The position numbers and the translations under genes were made by a program. A stretch of DNA of 64,000 nucleotides from the human T2T-CHM13v2.0 reference genome, Homo sapiens, in NCBI RefSeq assembly GCF_009914755.1, contig NC_060934.1, one strand, 5' to 3'. Position 1 is the stretch's first letter; the number at the start of each line of letters is the position of its first letter. Below the pieces are notes generated by a model. It saw only the letters and a list, made by a program, of their open reading frames with translations. It had not been told where the DNA came from and searched no databases. This document shows positions 43,582 through 64,000 of this stretch, one piece after another.

Positions 43582-44280
43582 CTAAACCATCATTGCCCTC
43601 CCCAGCCCTCCCAGCCCAGAGACCCCCATCCCTTGTCAGCCATCCCCCCTTACCTTCTGGACAGGGACAAGTGTCCCTCATTTGGAAAAGAATTAAGGAG
43701 GGGTAACAGCAGACTAGGGAGGCCTGGGGTCCTCCACATGCCTGTGTGGGGTGACTTTGGCCCCCAGCAACAAGGCAGGCCTGAGGTCTGCAGAGGGAGG
43801 CAGCCCACTCCTCAGCCGGGGGCGTCTATCCTCCTCCTGGCCCCATCCCTCACCTGTGGGGGAGGCTAAGTGGGTGTCAGGGCCCTGTCAGAGGGTGAGC
43901 CACCCCCGGGGGTGCCCATCGGCCACCAGCCTCCCTTCAGTAGACACCCAGCCCAAGTGACAGCAGTGGCATGGCACTGCTGAGCACAGGGAGCCTCAAG
44001 GTCAGTGCCTGGCTCCTGGTATCCTCCGTGGTCCCCAGGACACCCCCACACAGAGGTCCCAGAACCCCCAAAGCTGGCACAAGAGCCCAGGAACACCCTG
44101 CCCAGCACCCTCCAGGTCCCTCTTTTAGGATCTGGGTGAGCTAAAGAAGCCAAAAGAAAGGCTGGGCGCGGTGGCTCACGCTTGTAATCCTAGCACTTTG
44201 GGAGGCCGAGGTGGGCGGATTGCCTGAGCTCAGGAGTTGGAGACCAGCCTGGGCAACACATTGAAACCCCATCTCTACTA

Positions 44281-44687
<407 letters not shown>

Positions 44688-45082
44688 GTGAGCAGGCGTC
44701 CACTTTGGGGCTGCTGGGTGAAGGGGGTGGGTGCCCAAGAATTCTGAGTAATGAGGAGCCTGTTGAGGGGTCTGAGGACAGATATGGCTGCAGCAGCCGC
44801 TTGAAGGCCTCCTGCTTTGCACCCACTATCATATGGATGGTGGGTTGGGGGTTGGAGGAAACAGAAGCCAGCCCTTGGCTAAAGAATATATGAGCTGGTG
44901 GGGTATACCTCTGGTCCCAACTGCTTGAGATACTCAGGTGAGGAGATCACCTGAGCCAAGAGAGTTCAAGGCTGCAGTGAGCCGAGATCACGCCACTGCT
45001 CTCCATCCTGGGTAACAGAGCAAGACCCTGTCTCAAAAAAAAAAAAATAGTAATAATAATAATAATAAAATAAAAAATGTGA

Positions 45083-45457
<375 letters not shown>

Positions 45458-45460
45458 TAG

Positions 45461-45601
<141 letters not shown>

Positions 45602-45715
45602 TAGTGCTTACTGTGTGCTAGGCATAGTTCTTAGGCTTGACAAATAGTAGTTCACGTAATTCCATCGCTATAACCTTATGAGGTTGCTACTATTCTGATG
45701 ATCCTCCTTTTACAG

Positions 45716-45761
45716 GACACTGGTGAAGGAGCAGTGAGGAACCTGCAGAGTCACACAGTTG
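45716..45761 (+). other. FXYD4: FXYD4 non-coding exon 2, exonised from a MIR
   Basis: CCTCCTTTTACAG| acceptor and TTG|GTAAGT donor inside a MIR-like segment (about 45600-45800). Confidence 0.65.
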
Positions 45762-46735
45762 GTAAGTTGCTAAGAAGGGACCCAGCCCAGACAGCTGGCC
45801 CTGGATCTGTGATCTCATCAGGAGGCCAGAGCTGGGTACAGCAGATGATGACAATGGCTTCAGTATTGAAAACTTGACCACACTAGGCTAACAATATGCA
45901 GAGGGCTGGGAGGGGGCCTGCGCTCAAAGACTCAGCCTCCCTAAGGACAAGTAAATGGGGTCCTGGCTACTTCCAACCTGAGGGGGAAATGTCATACCAC
46001 AGGAGGTCTATACTCTGAGAGCAGAATCTGGGTCTGCTGGAGTAGGGTCCCCTGCCAGGGCTGGCAGGGGAGGTCCTGGCTGCTGCAGTCATCTCATCCC
46101 AGGACTCAGCACTCCCTCCCTCCTCCACACCCTTGCTTTTGTGGAGGCTCTCTGGGAATTCAGACTGAGGGTGCTGGACTCTGGCCACCCCAGGCCCAGA
46201 CCTTTGGGAACAATAGCCTGGGGCCTGATAACAATGCCCTTTGTGTGGGGTTAGGAAGGCAGGCTCCAGACCCTGACTTAGAATAGCAGCCACCTGACCC
46301 TGGGCATCTGATTACACCTCTCTAAGCTCCATTTTTTTTTTTCTTCTCTGAAATAGAGACAATAATAGTATCTTCCTCATGGGGAGGAGTAGGGGGTGGG
46401 TTTGTCGCATGGATTTTAACAACGCCTTCTACAGCACTTACTCTGTGCAGGCACAGTTTTGAGCTCTTAGCTTGTGCTTACTCAATCCACACAACTCCCC
46501 CAGGCCACCACCATCTCTAGATGGGAAGACAGAAAGTAGTTACTTTCCCAAGATCTCCCCACAAGCAAGTGTATCCTTGGGGTTTGTACACCTACTTTCA
46601 CCATGGGGCTCTGCCTGCCCCCGCCCCTGCCTCCTCTCGCTGACCAATTGAGCTGTGAGCCTGGAGCAGATCCGTGGGCTGCAGACCCCCGCCCCAGTGC
46701 CTCTCCCCCTGCAGCCCTGCCCCTCGAACTGTGAC

Positions 46736-49155
<2,420 letters not shown>

Positions 49156-49299
49156 GCACAGGACTGGCCTCCAGGGATGGCCTGAAGCCTAACACTGGCC
49201 CCCAGCACCTCCTCCCCTGGGAGGCCTTATCCTCAAGGAAGGACTTCTCTCCAAGGGCAGGCTGTTAGGCCCCTTTCTGATCAGGAGGCTTCTTTATGA

Positions 49300-49305
49300 A
49301 TTAAA
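49300..49305 (+). terminator. FXYD4: FXYD4 polyadenylation signal (ATTAAA)
   Basis: ATTAAA about 145 nt after the stop codon, followed by GT-rich sequence. Confidence 0.75.
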
Positions 49306-50043
49306 CTCGCCCCACCACCCCCTCCTCGGTAGTCTTGTGATCCATCGTCTTTGGGTCTGGGGGTGGGTAATCCCTTGGATTGCTGACTTTCCCTGGATGC
49401 CCACTCCCAGCAAGCTTCCCAGTCCCTGAGTCCCTGCCGCCCAACTGTCTCCTATGGCTCCCACTCCAGCAAGCCCCACAGAGAGACCCATGCACTGTGA
49501 GATACCACAGTGTTATAACAGAAGACCTTTCCATTTCCATCACTTGCACGGGGGCCCTAGAAGTCCTGATGCCTCAGGTACCCATGACTTCCTTTAATCT
49601 AGAGCGACCCCCAGGGCTCACCCCCCCATTGAGACCTCAATTGAGACCCCCCATTGAGACCTCACCCAGTGAATGCTCTCTATGGTAGAAAATGTAGCAA
49701 TTCCTTTGACCCATCCCAGTAAAATCCTCAGCTCACCCCATGGGCCCCCCTCCTCCCAGGAAATATCCTGTGAAATTCCATGAAGAAGTATGTCTCGAGA
49801 AGCCCTGCATAGTGCATGTGGGAGACAAACACCATGTGTGCAAATCCAAGTTCTTTGGCATGCCTGAACTCCCCTCCAGGAAGACTTCCCTGGCAATGTC
49901 CCTGTGGCACCCCAGGCAGGGGTGTGAAGTGCCACTTCTGCCTGGTGCCCATCCTGCAGTCCTGCCCCTTGACAGCCCAGGAGAAGGAACTGAGACCACT
50001 TCTAGCCTCTGCCTCCAGCAAAGGCCAGAGAACAATGGAGTCC

Positions 50044-50057
50044 CCGCCAGGTGGCAG
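50044..50057 (+). promoter_or_regulatory. CTCF core motif between the FXYD4 and HNRNPF 3' ends
   Basis: CCGCCAGGTGGCAG fits the CTCF core consensus. Confidence 0.5.
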
Positions 50058-51884
50058 CTCCCAATCTGAGGCCAGGGCTTGGGCTGGGCAGCTGTCTCCA
50101 ATGATGCACCCTTCCTCCATGTCTCAGGGTGGGCCACATCCTTGAGAAGTATGATGTATCCTAGACTTAGGGTCACCTGCCTTGTGGGTGGGGTCAGAGA
50201 CTTGTGCAGGGCCCCAGAGGTGTAAAAATGAGGTCCACATGTCTTCCAGGGCCTTTGAAACAGGACACGTAGGGACTGAGAGCAAGGTTCCAAGGTGGGG
50301 CTGAGTGGGACTAAAGATACCTGGCTGAGTCCAGCCACTATCAGGGAATCTTGGGTGGGTCACAGAAGGCCTGGCAAGCCCCAGTGCTTTGGGGAAGCTG
50401 TCCTGTACCAGCAGCCCCAGGTGGTATGGCCAGCCCAGAGGCAGCGCTGAGTCTGCACAGGTGGACCTAGGGAGGGGCCTGTGCGCAAACCACCCTGGTG
50501 GAGGGAATTAGCAGCACGACTGGAATGCAGGCGATAGGATCACTGAGGAGGCAAGGCCCAGCCCTGCAGGACGCAGAGGCAGGGGTGGGAGCCACCCAGC
50601 AGGGCTGGTAGAAGGGGGCTCCTGAGCACGCCTCCTCATCCAGGGGGTGCAGTGCAGAGCTCTCTCCTCGTTGGCACGGGAAGACGCTGGTGTGAGAGAC
50701 TGCTTTTGAGAACATGAAAAGTGCGGTAAGAAAGCCAAGTCTGGAGTGGCAGACCCAGGGGAAGCCACACAAAGGTGACCGGAAGCAGTGCATGCTTTCT
50801 GACTGAGGAACCCAGGGCCACGCAGTCACGACTATCAGGAGCTCTGCTGTTTGAAATCCTAGCAAACCCTGTCCTTGCATGGTGGCCCCATGACCCTGAC
50901 AAGAGATGCAGCCTCAACTTCCAACCCCAGTGCCCCACTGGGGAGCAGAGGTTTCTGGACGTGACAGCCACCCACCTCCACCTTCACATGTATCCTGGGG
51001 CCACGTCGTGGTGGAGACCTGCCGCTCTTCTTTCAAGCTCTCATGCTGCTTCATTTAAACTTCTCCTGGACAGGTGTCACAGTTCCCCCAAGTCCTATAA
51101 GTGACCACTTATGTAGGAGGCCCCACCACACGAGTCCCTAGGTGTGACTGTCCAGTGACAGGCTTATCTCTCTGATGTGGAGGGTGACGGCTCTCGCTCA
51201 TGGAACCTGGGAAAATCATGGTGGGAGGAGTCAGAAACTGATGGGAGGCCAGGTCTGGATGACAGTGGAGGATGGAGTCAGTGTTAGCCCCAGATGGACA
51301 AGGCCAGGCCCTGGAGTTGGGACCCTGGTTCCCAGGGGAAACGAGCTCTCCTCTCTCCCTTCTGGGAGTGAGGAATGGGCTGACTAGGGCATGACAGAGG
51401 CTCTCCAGGCTTCCCTTTGTGGGATTACTGGCTGTGCGTCAGAGACCCCTTCCTGGGGCCTGTTTCAGAGCTGGTGGGTGATTTCCCCTTGTCATCCTCT
51501 CCTAGTTGAGGGGCTGTGGGGAGAGGTAGGGGGGACCAGAGAAAGCAAAGTGTCATTTCCACTCAATTGGGGATTTACTGAGTGACAGACACCACTGTAA
51601 ACACTTCACACATGTCAAATTTTCCTAGCAACCTATGTGATGCGGATGACATTAGGGTTAGGGTTAGGTTAGAGGAGAGGAGGCACCCAGAGGTTCTCAT
51701 GGGCTAACGAATTCCACAGCCAGCCTCCAACCCTGGTGTCCTGCTCCTGAGCCCTGTTTCCAAAGGACTGGGGCCTGTTGCCTTCCCGATGTTTATCATT
51801 GTCAAAGACAGAGCCCAGGGACTGTGCTGCTGGGTGACTATACATCCTTCCTCACTTTTTTATTTTAAAAATCTTTTATTTTTC

Positions 51885-56260
<4,376 letters not shown>

Positions 56261-56670
56261 GGGTATTTTCAAGGGTCAAAGCAGCTTTCTCCAAAATCCA
56301 AAAACTACTACCCAAAATTATGCCTCTTTCAACACCCGGCATTTTTAGTGACTCAAGGGATGAAAATTCTTATCAGGCCCTTACTTGCTTACACATTAAC
56401 CACTCGCTTTTTGCCCAGTATTCCTTGTTCCCATAATGAAATTATGAACTGCTGAAATACTGTTCCTTGTGAAGGAGGGGATAACTTCAGGGCCATAAAA
56501 AAATTTTGCAGAAGTAATGAATGTCTTTAAACACACTGCGACCAGCTGCAGACACCCAGAAGTCTGGTTATTCAAGACACTATGTGAGACTAAAGAAACA
56601 CAGACTTTTCCCCCCTCGGTTCTCTGAAACTGCCCCTCCCTTAGTCTCTAGCTGTGTAAAAACTCCCCAT

Positions 56671-56959
56671 GCCTGGCATGGTGGCTTATGCCTATAATCC
56701 CAGCACTTTGGAAGGCCGAGGCTGTAGTGTACTATGTCGATTGGGTATCTGCAGCAAGTTCGGCCTCGCTATGACCTCCCAGGAGTGGAGGACCACCACG
56801 TTGCCTAAGGAGGGGTGAACTGGCCCAGGTTGAAAACGGAGGTCAAAACTTCCATGCTGAGGCTGTGCGCGGTGGCTCACGCTTATAACCCCAGCACTTT
56901 GAGACTCTCTCAAAGTCACTGCACTCCAGCCTGGGTGATATAGGGAGACCCCCATCTCT
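56671..56959 (+). pseudogene. 7SL RNA retro-pseudogene (rearranged), inserted in an LTR-like element
   Basis: Contains the 7SL S-domain that Alu lacks (GGACCACCACGTTGCCTAAGGAGGGGTGAACTGGCCCAGGTTGAAAACGGAG, GGTCAAAACT), an A-rich tail and imperfect TSD AAAAACTCC. Confidence 0.85.
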
Positions 56960-57186
56960 AAAAAAACAAAACAAACAAAAAAACTCCACGCTGCTTCTTT
57001 TTGTTAAGGCAGATTTCTCACCTTGGCCAAATCAAATAAACCTTTATCTCCAAGCACCTTTGTCTTGGTGTTTGGCATCAGCTACACATCAGGTACGCAA
57101 GCCTGAATTTGGGGTTCTACAACATAACAAGATGCAGTATCTTGACTTTTACCTTGCAGGGAATGCCCTAGTCATGCCCAAGGCCA

Positions 57187-57335
57187 CAGGTTGAAAAACA
57201 TTTCCTGTAGTGTCAGTAAATATTTTAGGTTTTGTGGGCCATGTGGTCTCTGATACAACTACCCATCTCTCTGCCTGCTGTAGTACCTGGGCAGCCATGG
57301 ACAGTATTAACAAATGGGCACGGCTGTGTGTAGCA
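57187..57335 (+). mobile_element. MER58A-like hAT-Charlie element
   Basis: AGTAAATATTTTAGGTTTTGTGGGCCATGTGGTCTCTG...GCAGCCATGGACA...ATGGGCACGGCTGTGT. Confidence 0.7.
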
Positions 57336-57428
57336 ACAAATGGGCATGGCTGGGTGCCATGGTGCATGCCTGAAATCTTAGAACTTTGGGAGGCTGAAGA
57401 ATACAGATCACTTGAGCTGAGGAGTTCA

Positions 57429-57590
<162 letters not shown>

Positions 57591-58599
57591 CTAGACTCCA
57601 GCCTGGGCATCAGAGAGAGACTTGTCCCTCCCCAACAAAAGTTAACAATCCTGGAGCAAGGGGATGTTTTGCTGTCCATGTTATGTTGTTACCTTGGGAT
57701 GTCAGGTCATCTAACACATTCCCTTTCCCATCCCCTGGAGCCCTTTCCACCCATGCATCCTAAATCTAGCATAGACTTCCAGGGTTGTGAAGGTACTCTT
57801 TGAATCTCCACCACTCTACGAAATCTGAGGTCTCATCTTCATGGCATTCCAGCCCCATTTCCAGCGGAAACTCCACCTGTTTCTGTGGGTCTCCCTCACC
57901 TACAGGCCTCTCCTTCCCCATGCAGTGCTGACACTTGAAGCATGGTAGGCCCATGGGTGGGCAGAGATCCCAGATCAGGGTTACAGCAAGGACAGTTCTC
58001 CCTAGGTTTCCCCCATGCCAGTCTTCCGAGTGCCTCTTTCTGCGTCCCTGTACCCTGCCATTCCTGGTGATGCTGCTGCCCTCACATCAGGCCATCCAAG
58101 CATGCAGAACATAAGCATGCAGAACACTGGAACGAAGGGCTGTACCTAAGGTGAGCCTCTGAAGCCCAATGAGGCTAGAAAAGGCTGAAGACTTCACAGA
58201 CCTAATTTTTAATGCAGCTCTCAGGGGTTTTACCAAGAGCATTTATTTACTCTTTAAGATACTAATGAAGACCCTTAATATTGGTAAAATCATAACATAT
58301 AGGTTACATTATACAGCTAGTGAAGTGGGAAAATAAAGTTGAAGAATTCCCAATGGTAGATAGCATTTTTGCACAGAATGGTTTTAAATAAACTCCACAT
58401 TTTAAAGTCCTGATGGTTTGTATTTAGCATAAGGTTTAAAATGATAGTAATACTGTATGCTATATATAGAGCTGCCTGAATTTCAACATTGCTGTTGCCA
58501 AGGTAGATAGCAATTTGAAAATGGGTCTCAAGCTTGATAATGTGTATCCTGTCATAACCTAATTAACAAATGCGCCCTACAGAAATCAGGAGCGTGACC

Positions 58600-59625
58600 A
58601 AAAAAAAAAGTTTAAATCAGCATTTTATAAAAACTAGAAACAAAATAATTGCTTTCACAATGTAGTACTTGAAACTAAAGTTCTCCAGCTATCAACAGAT
58701 GTGACTCCAGCATCAAGGGCCTAGCAGGAAAATTCTGAATGGTTTACAACAGTGCACATAAGTTGCAGGTGGCTGGGGCCGTGTGTCTATTTGATGCTTC
58801 CCAGAATGTGTGCTGCTAGTCACCATTTCCACCATTCACATATTTAACATTTTTATTAGACTTTTATTTAGCCTCATCATAAGAATATAAGGGAGATCAT
58901 AGATTTGATGTATGAAATTTTTAAATTCACACTAAAATACATTACGATTAAAATGAATTATCTTCAACCACCCGTTTTGCTATCTTTTGCTGAGTAATCT
59001 GTGCCAGTCATTGTGAAAAAGTCTTTATTTTAAGAAAAAAATTTAGTTAACAAAAAATTTAACAAGTTTCACTTAGCAAAATACACCCAAAAGGAAATCA
59101 CAGTACAAAGAAAGTTTTAAGTCAAGGCCTCACCAATTCCTACAGTATTAGTATTGTGTCTCAATTCTCAAAACTAACTTTTAAAAAGCTTAAACTTAAC
59201 CTAAAGGATTTTAAATGAAAATATAAACTAGAATGAACAAACATGAGAAATATTTCTTTGAATCAGGGAGCTAGCACCTTTGAGTTTTCCAAAAAAGCAC
59301 GTCTCCCCAGTGTGTTCACTGTGATGTGGTGTAAAAGATCCACATTTAACATACTTAAACTACTTAAACTTAGATAACATCACTCTGAAGTATACTACCA
59401 AAATGTTAATTGAGAAAAGCTGAAAATAGTTTTAGTTTACTCATTATCACATGCTAGAAGAAAATTTTGCATGAGAAAACACTGAAGAGGTAATTTTTTA
59501 ATCCAGATTTTTCACAAACTCATGGTGCAAAATGGGTCCCCCAGCTTCCTCTATTATAACTGCTCTTAATTGCTTGTTGGCTGCCTGTGAAAATGATTGA
59601 AGTAACTCAAATGTTCCTAACAAAA
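58600..59625 (-). other. HNRNPF: HNRNPF 3' UTR with alternative poly(A) signals
   Basis: AU-rich, repeat-free sequence; minus-strand AATAAA at 59029-59024, 58868-58863 and 58857-58852 (another at 58247-58242). Confidence 0.7.
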
Positions 59626-60873
59626 CTAGTCATAGCCACCCATGCTGTTCTGCCCACTGTAGCCGGCCCCGTAACAGCCACTCACTGACTGGCTCTCCAG
59701 GCCACTGTAAGTGGCCTGGGCAGCAGACACCCCCATGCCTTGCATCACCTGGCTGCTATACGCCCCATTGCTGGCCCCTGTTGTTGAATTCAAGAAGAGT
59801 TCTATATATCTGTGCTGCATATTGGCCCTGTCTTTGGACATAGCTGCCACAGCTTCTTCATGAGTAGCAAACTCAACATCTGCTTCACCCGTCACTCTTC
59901 CATCTGGGCCAATCTCAATATGGACTCTCACAGGGTTGAGAGGAGAGAAGAAGTTGTAAATGTCGTTCTCGGTCGCTTTGTACGGCAGGCCCCTCATGTG
60001 GACACAGTGGCCTGTGGTGCTCTGCACTGTGAACTCACTGTCGCCGTATCTGTGGTCATACATTCCGGAGAGACAGTAGCTGAGGTCTCTCCCGAACAGG
60101 TCGGTGGTGAAGCCGTAGCCATCACTGAGGCCACTGTACTCCTCGTAGCCCCCGTAGCCTGTGCTGTAGGCACCAGGCCTCATCCTTTCCAGGCCTGCCT
60201 GCTTCACGATGCCAATGTACCTCCTGGCAGTCCCGGGCCGGTCATAGGGCCCTGGCCGCTGCACGGACATGAACTTCAGAGGGGGATCTGAGTATGACCT
60301 AACTTCCTCCTGGCTGCTCTTAAACACCTCAATGTACCTGTGCCCTATCCTCTCCTTGTGTTTCCCTAGAGCCTTCTCAGCTAACTCCTGCGAGGCAAAC
60401 TGCACGAACGCTTCCCCTGTAATCTTGCCTTCGGGGTCCACAGGCAATGTGATCCCGTTTGGCACAATTTCCAACCCTGAGAAGAACTGAACAATTTCTT
60501 CCTTTGTGCATCCAAATGGGAGTCCTCGAAGCCGCACGAAGCCATCGTTGGCGCTGTCGGCACTGTTGGGACCACTGTGCTTCAACACCCAATCCATCTC
60601 GGTTCTGTGGGACTTGAACACCTCAATGTACCGGTGTCCCATGCTTTCCCTGTCTTTTTTCAGGGCCATTTTTACATCATCTTCTGATCCAAGTTCAACA
60701 AAAGCCTCACCACTCTGCCTGCCCTCTCTAGTGTAGATGAAATGGACACCTGCGGCCCCATCATGAATCGTGCAGTCAGAGAGGAAGTTCTGCACGTCCT
60801 CAACAGAGCAGGACCAGGGCAGGCCACGGAGCTTGACCACAAAGCCTTCACCTCCCTCAGGGCCCAGCATCAT
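59626..60873 (-). CDS. HNRNPF: Heterogeneous nuclear ribonucleoprotein F, 415 aa, three qRRMs, whole CDS in one exon
   Basis: [22 protein letters not shown]...NSMGGYD*; three RGLP-type qRRMs. Exon acceptor (poly-pyrimidine + CAG) at 60927-60926, branch-point-like TACTAAA at 60958-60952. Confidence 0.98.
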
Positions 60874-60925
60874 GGACACTTGTCAGGGTGGGTGTCAGGT
60901 GATCTTGGGTGTGGCTTTTTTGTGG

Positions 60926-63900
60926 CTGGAAAAAAAAAAAAGAAAAATTTATTTAGTATGCAACAGAAATTTTCCCCATTTTACAGACGAGAGAGGTAGC
61001 AAGACATTAAGAAATATACCAAATACAATTGAGAGCTAAGAGTTAACTCCAGGTCTCTCAAAAAATTACATTATCAGTCACAGGCAGTTTGAAAAACAAA
61101 TCAGGAGTTTACAAGACAGGACGATGCATGTGAATGTGGTGCCTTGAACACAGAGAAATGTAAGTTTCAGTCAGTTTAGAGCAAGGGCATTTCCTTGTTA
61201 TATTTATTCCACATATTTGTCATGATAATATGTGGCAGTTCACCTATAAGAGCTCCTGAGTTGTTCCTCCTAAACTATACGCCTTACATTTGGTAAAATA
61301 GTAAATTTAGTAAATCTGCTTGTCTATGGTAGGATACTTTTACTTTCATGAGTAAAAATAAGGGATGGGAACATAGCAGGCTGTTTTTAAACCACAACAT
61401 AGGGTAAGATTTTCTAGTGTTCTCATCAGCAGTAATGTTGCCAGGATACAAGACAGCAATGGCTTCCACTGTCTATGGAGTTATGATTTTGCTCCTAAAT
61501 TGTCAATTCAAACTAAATACCAGTCAAGTATGAGGCCAAACTGATGACATATACAGACAAGCAGACAAATTCACCAGCAGACTTAGTTATGTGCACTGCA
61601 AATAAATGGAGAAACCAGATCAGATGATTCACAGGTTCACATAAAATATAGCAGAATTGCTGCCTTGTGCTGAAGATCTGGAAGAGGGCATCGGGAAGAA
61701 AGGGCAATCGCAAGAGGGCTGAGAAATGCCCTTCCCACCAGGGTGGTACATGGCACCTGAAGTCCAAACTCAGAGTAAGGCCAACCACACACTGGAAGGC
61801 AGTCTTCTGAGAAAGAGGAGCAGCTGACCTAGACAGCAGGGTCTATAACATAGTCACAAGCAAGAAAAACACTGCAGTATCATGGGGCCAAAGACGTATT
61901 TTTATATGAACACTGTCAAGGGTGACGCTCAAAAAGAGCATAGGAGTATATGGAATTTTTTTTTTTTTTTTTTTTTTTGAGACAAGAGTCTCACTGTCGC
62001 CCAGGCTGGAGTGCAGTGGTGCTGTCTCGGCTCACTGCAACCTCCGCCTCCTGGGTTCACGAAATTCTCCTGTCTCAGCCTCCTGAGTAGCTGGGATTAC
62101 ATGCACCAGCCGCCACGCACGGCTAATTTTTTATACTTTTAGGAGATACGGGATTTCACCATGTTGGCGAGGTTGGTCTTGAACTCCTGACCTCAGGTGA
62201 TCCGCCCACCTCAGCTGCCCAAAGTGCTGGAATTACTGGCGTGAGCCACCATGCACAGCTGGAAATCGAATGTTTCAAAGTGTCATTTTACATCAAGCAT
62301 AATAGATATAGCTGGTGGCCTTTTCAAGAAATATGGGCTCATCATGTGGGGAAAAAAGCTCCATAAGAAAACCCCACAATTTAAAAAACAGACAAAAAGT
62401 AAAGGTAAGTGTAATTTAAGAAAAGGAAAAGCAAATTCATACTAAATAAATGCTCAACTGCACTAGCTTCAGGGAAAATTAGTAATTTTAAAGTTTGATG
62501 TAGCCATTGCAGATAATGACATATTATCATACAGTGCTTCATCATTTCAAATTGACAACGTCTAAAAGGATAATTGTGTAAATCTTTCAAATTTACCTGT
62601 GTCTACACCAGATTATAAAGATAACAAGATGTGTCTCCTCTCCCAATAACAAGCATAATGGCACAAATGAAACAGAACAGTATGTGATATCCTGAACACA
62701 TCACCAAGACCAAACACTCGGCATTTACTCACGAACTGTGATTTGGAATGCAAGGGCTTTCAAAGTATACAGCCTAACTAAAAGATGTCACCCTTGCTAA
62801 TGAGAGTGGAACATGGAAGCCTCTGGGAAGAGAGTCAAGGGGAGCCTAACCTGGATTGCTCATTGCCCACCTCAAATTATTGACTATGTACATAAACTCC
62901 ATCAACTTTTATAAAATAATCCTGAACGGCAAATGATTGGGCATAAATAATCCTATCCCCAATTCTCAAACTGTGCTTTGGGTCTGCAACAAACCCTGGG
63001 GTTTAGCCTCCACCTTAGAAAGTAATGGTCTCCGCCTCCCCAGGGCCTTATCTAAATCCCCTGCATATGGCCACTGCAACATGCTGATCTGGCAGAGCAA
63101 GGTCACAGCAGATTCTTCCTCTCCTGTCCACGGAGGGAATTCTGTGCTAACAGTTCAGAAGCTCCTCCTTGGAGAGTCAGGGCAAGTTTGTATTGTGTCT
63201 CTTGGGATAATGGGTCTGGGACAGCTCAATTACAGGTGGGGGCTTCTTATGCAATTCCATTCCCAACACTGGGTCAGGCTAGGCACCGCCTGTCCTTTTG
63301 TCTTTGACCATACCCTGGTCTTGCTCCTCACTCATGAAAAGTATCTGAAGGCCTCCCTCGAGTTCTGTTCCTAGCCTTAGGTCCAGCCATCGTTCCGGGT
63401 AGGGGAGATGAAGCCATAATCCACTAACCATTTTCTCCTGGACTCCTACCTCCAATGATTTCACCATTCCCTGCAGGAAACCCCACCTAATCACATCCTA
63501 CTCCCTCCACCACAACTGCTATCCCCCTCCTTTGTAGAGACCTTGGCTTCCTTATCCACACAGCCTCTTTCTCTCCTCATTCTTCATAATCCAGCTTAGA
63601 GCAAGTATCATTTTACATTCCTTCCTCACAATACATGGAATTCATTCAATGAACTTCTTAACTGTACGCGCCCAGTAAAACCAGAGCTCTGGAAGATTCC
63701 AAACAAATATCTGACTACTCCATGGATGTACTGAGTGGCTCAGCTGCACACAGCCAGGCGAAACGGTGCCTCTAAGCTACAATTTCTCAGCCTCAGGACT
63801 ACTGACATTTTGGACCAGACAGTTCTTTGTGTTGTGGAGGCAGGCCCAGGCACTGTAGGATGTTTAGCTGCATCCCTGGTCTCTGCCCACTAGATGCCAG

Positions 63901-64000
63901 TAGCACCCTCCACCTCCAGTTCTGACAACCGAATGTCTCCAGACATTCCCAAATGTTCTCTGGTGGCTAATGCTGCCCCCAAGTTGTGAAATACTGTAGA
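60926..64000 (-). other. HNRNPF: HNRNPF 5' UTR intron (continues beyond the window), with a MIR at about 60970-61060 and an Alu at about 61955-62262
   Basis: Lies upstream of the coding-exon acceptor; no promoter visible in the window. Confidence 0.75.
63780..63996 (+). mobile_element. MER20 DNA transposon
   Basis: ACTACTGACATTTTGGACCAGACAGTTCTTTGT...CCCACTAGATGCCAGTAGCAC...AATGTCTCCAGACATT. Confidence 0.85.

Noticed and set aside
49618-50338. Overlapping ORFs of 100-200 aa downstream of FXYD4, and three ATTGAGACC copies at about 49628-49661
   Set aside because: No recognisable family or exon structure; the short repeat looks like local slippage.
59812-60291. 159-aa ORF antisense to HNRNPF
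   Set aside because: Shadow ORF from codon bias on the opposite strand.
60874-60879. Two-codon GTG extension of HNRNPF in the ORF track (417 aa)
   Set aside because: The known protein starts at the ATG at 60873 (415 aa); nothing supports GTG initiation.

Overview
Human genomic DNA, recognisable as the 10q11.21 interval around FXYD4 and HNRNPF. It contains the complete FXYD4 gene (+ strand, 7 coding exons, 89 aa) and the intronless coding exon plus 3' UTR of HNRNPF (- strand, 415 aa). The background is very Alu-dense and also holds a full-length SVA, a solo HERV-K LTR5, several older LTRs, L1/L2/MIR fragments, DNA-transposon fossils, a U6atac retrocopy and a 7SL retrocopy. Nearly all ORFs in the supplied track are Alu/SVA/LTR noise. 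The main finding is a fossil gene on the - strand (about 35161 to 23820) that the ORF track does not reveal. It has a CpG-island promoter followed by seven exon-like blocks whose splice phases chain together (0,2,2,1,1,1); two donors are weak and one acceptor needs a restored G. The conceptual translation has scattered stops and a few frameshifts, and by eye resembles a TRADD-N-like domain, a basic linker and two death domains. It may be a lost (unitary-pseudogene) death-domain adaptor. The domain calls rest on motif comparison with remembered sequences and need a profile search.
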